This document shows, piece by piece, positions 61,501-64,000 of a stretch of 64,000 bases of DNA. Every line of letters starts with the position of its first letter. The stretch's first letter is position 1. The translations under genes and the position numbers were made by a program. Origin of the DNA: Eledone cirrhosa (Eukaryota); NCBI GenBank assembly GCA_964016885.1, contig OZ024743.1, positions 331,142,001-331,206,000 of the forward strand, read 5' to 3'. The notes beneath the pieces were generated by a model. That model was not told where the DNA came from and searched no databases. It saw only the letters and a program-made list of their open reading frames with translations.

Positions 61501-62757
61501 ACAACATACAGAAGATATTACCACACAGACCACACAACATACAGAAGATATTACCACACAGACCACACAACATACAGAAGATATTACCACACAGACCACA
61601 CAACATACAGAAGATATTACCACACAGACCACACAACATACAGAAGATATTACCACACAGACCACACAACATACAGAAGATATTACCACACAGACCACAC
61701 AACATACAGAAGATATTACCACACAGACCACACAACATACAGAAGACATTACCACACAGACCACACAACATACAGCAGATATTACCACACAGACCACACA
61801 ACATACAGCAGATATTACCACACAGACCACACAACATACAGAAGATATTACCACACAGACCACACAACATACAGAAGATATTACCACACAGACCACACAA
61901 CATACAGAAGATATTACCACACAGACCACACAACATACAGAAGACATTACCACACAGACCACACAACATACAGCAGATATTACCACACAGACCACACAAC
62001 ATACAGCAGATATTACCACACAGACCACACAACATACAGCAGATATTACCACACAGACCACACAACATACAGAAGATATTACCACACAGACCACACAACA
62101 TACAGAAGATATTACCACACAGACCACACAACATACAGCAGCTATTACCACACAGACCACACAACATATAGAAGGTATTACCACACATACCACACAACAT
62201 ATAGAAGGTATTACCACACAGACCACACAACATACAGCAGATATTACCACATATACCACACAACATACAGCAGATATTACCACATATACCACACAACATA
62301 CAGCAGATATTACCACACAGACCACACAACATATAGCAGATATTACCACACATACCTCACAACATATAGAAGATATTACCACACATACCTCACAACATAC
62401 AGCAGCTATTACCACACAGACCACACAACATACAGCAGCTATTACCACACAGACCACACAACATATAGCAGATATTACCACACATACCTCACAACGTATA
62501 GAAGATATTACCACACATACCTCACAACATACAGCAGCTATTACCACACAGACCACACAACATACAGCAGCTATTACCACACAGACCACACAACATATAG
62601 AAGATATTACCACACAGACCACACAACATACAGCAGATATTACCACACTTATACCACACAACATACAGCAGATATTACCACACAGACCACACAACATACA
62701 GCAGATATTACCACACAGACCACACAACATACAGCAGATATTACCACACAGACCACT
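58600..62757. repeat. 33-bp minisatellite, about 125 copies, consensus ACCACACAGACCACACAACATACAGCAGATATT
   Basis: Direct tandem repetition; degenerate at 58600-58790; 35-bp variant units create a 167-bp higher-order repeat. Confidence 0.98.
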
Positions 62758-62819
62758 CATCGTCTAAACTGAACCCAGAAGAGAAGAGTCTGCAGGGTAA
62801 GTTAACCCAAATTCTTCAC

Positions 62820-63054
62820 CTAACCCTGTCATTACACATTTCTAATGAAATACACACAATTGTAACTAATTAATGAAGAATTTTGAGGGATTTACTAAAA
62901 TTATTATTTCATTACTAAGATAGTAACTTAATGTAAGGTACTTATATAAAATTATGTTGGAAGATTTTAATTTAAATTGGAAACCTTTATAATCAGTGGT
63001 TTTATTTCATAGAAACAGAGCCCGGTTTGGTCGGGTCAGTAACTAAAGGGTTAA
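62820..63054 (+). mobile_element. piggyBac-like MITE, family 2
   Basis: (c)taa-ccct ... aaaggg-ttaa; colinear with 29259-29480. Confidence 0.7.
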
Positions 63055-63785
63055 TTTTATATCTAGCTTGGGTCTATTACCAACTTTAGAGCTCCTGTCT
63101 TATATATCTATCTGGGGCCTATTACAAACTTTAGGGGTTATATTTTACATCTAGCTTGGGTTCTATAACCAACTTTAGGGCTTCTATCTTTTACATCTAG
63201 CTTGATCCTATTATCAACTTCAGGGGTTTTATTTTTTACATCTATCTTGAGCCTATTACCAACTGTAGGGCTCTCATGTTTTACATCTATCTTGAGTCTA
63301 TTACCAACTTTAGGGGTCCTATCCTATATTTTACATCTAGCTTGGATCTATGACCAACTTTAGGGGTTCTATATTTCACATGTATCTTAAGTTTATTACC
63401 AACTTTAGGGGTTATATTTTTCCTTAATCTTGGGTCTACTACCAACTTTAAGGGTTATATTTTACAACTACCTTGGGTCTATAATTTAGGCCCCTATGTT
63501 TTACTTCTAGCTTGATCCTATTATCAACTTTAGATCTATTACCAACTTTAAGGGCTTCAATGTTTTACATCTATATTGAGTCTACTACCAACTTTAGGGG
63601 TTCTATATTTCACATCTATCTTGGGTCTACTACCAACTTTAGGGTCCTATATTTCACATTTATATTGGGTCTACTCTCAACTTTAGGGGTCTGATATTTC
63701 ACATCACATCTATATTGCGTCAACTATCAACTATCAACATGCATCTCAGGTCTACTACCAAATTTAGGGGTCCTATATTTCATAC
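63055..63785. repeat. Degenerate ~44-46-bp minisatellite (tctagcttgggtctattaccaactttaggggttctatattttaca)
   Basis: About 15 diverged units. Confidence 0.85.
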
Positions 63786-63828
63786 CAGATTTACACAGAT
63801 CTGCCTGTGACCACAAAATACATATATA

Positions 63829-63905
63829 CAGGCTGTCCCCCAAAAATATATACACACTTCAACAGCATTCTAATAAATATGTATACATTTTTGGGGGACA
63901 CCCTG
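63829..63905. mobile_element. 77-bp Tc1/mariner-type MITE
   Basis: TA|caggctgtcccccaaaaatatatacaca ... tatgtatacatttttgggggacaccctg|TA: 28-bp TIR with 3 mismatches and TA target duplication. Confidence 0.8.
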
Positions 63906-64000
63906 TATATCAGCTCCATATTTCAATGATATCATTGAAATGAAAGTAAGATGATGGCACAAAGCCAGGAATTAATAGGTTTTAAGTGAATAAATAAAGA

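Noticed and set aside
58747-62760. Cys-rich metallothionein- or keratin-associated-like ORFs (CCMLCGLCGNI) and Thr/Gln ORF
   Set aside because: 33-bp satellite open in several frames on both strands, with no unique termini.
62760-62805. Plus-strand donor-like gcagg|gtaagt after the 33-mer array
   Set aside because: Single motif with no acceptor or coding homology; expected by chance.
63055-63785. Telomeric repeat (ttaggg within units)
   Set aside because: Only one TTAGGG-like word per ~45-bp unit; not a (TTAGGG)n tract.

Overview
Eukaryotic, AT-rich, extremely repeat-dense genomic DNA. The repeat landscape ((GAT)n-tailed RTE LINEs, tRNA-headed SINEs, very long micro/minisatellites) suggests a cephalopod such as Octopus; this is inference. 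The whole window lies inside one minus-strand gene: six GT-AG exons (58577-58469, 54328-54216, 35722-35543, 33853-33633, 27233-27056, 535-380; 957 nt, 319 aa, splice phases all compatible) encode the end of a PH domain, the MyTH4 domain and the start of the FERM domain of a PLEKHH1/PLEKHH2 (MAX-1, Drosophila CG43867-like) protein. The introns (1.7-26.5 kb) hold a near full-length RTE LINE with an open 1036-aa APE-RT-PHD ORF, many 5'-truncated RTE copies, SINEs of several families, a Penelope-like fragment with a minimal hammerhead ribozyme, an R4/Dong-like RLE fragment, piggyBac-like and Tc1/mariner-like MITEs, several long palindromes and about 13 complex minisatellites. The most striking unexplained pattern is that each of the six exons has its own unrelated minisatellite starting within about 20-310 bp upstream of its splice acceptor. 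No prokaryotic systems (CRISPR, operons) are present, and most long ORFs in the track are repeat artefacts.
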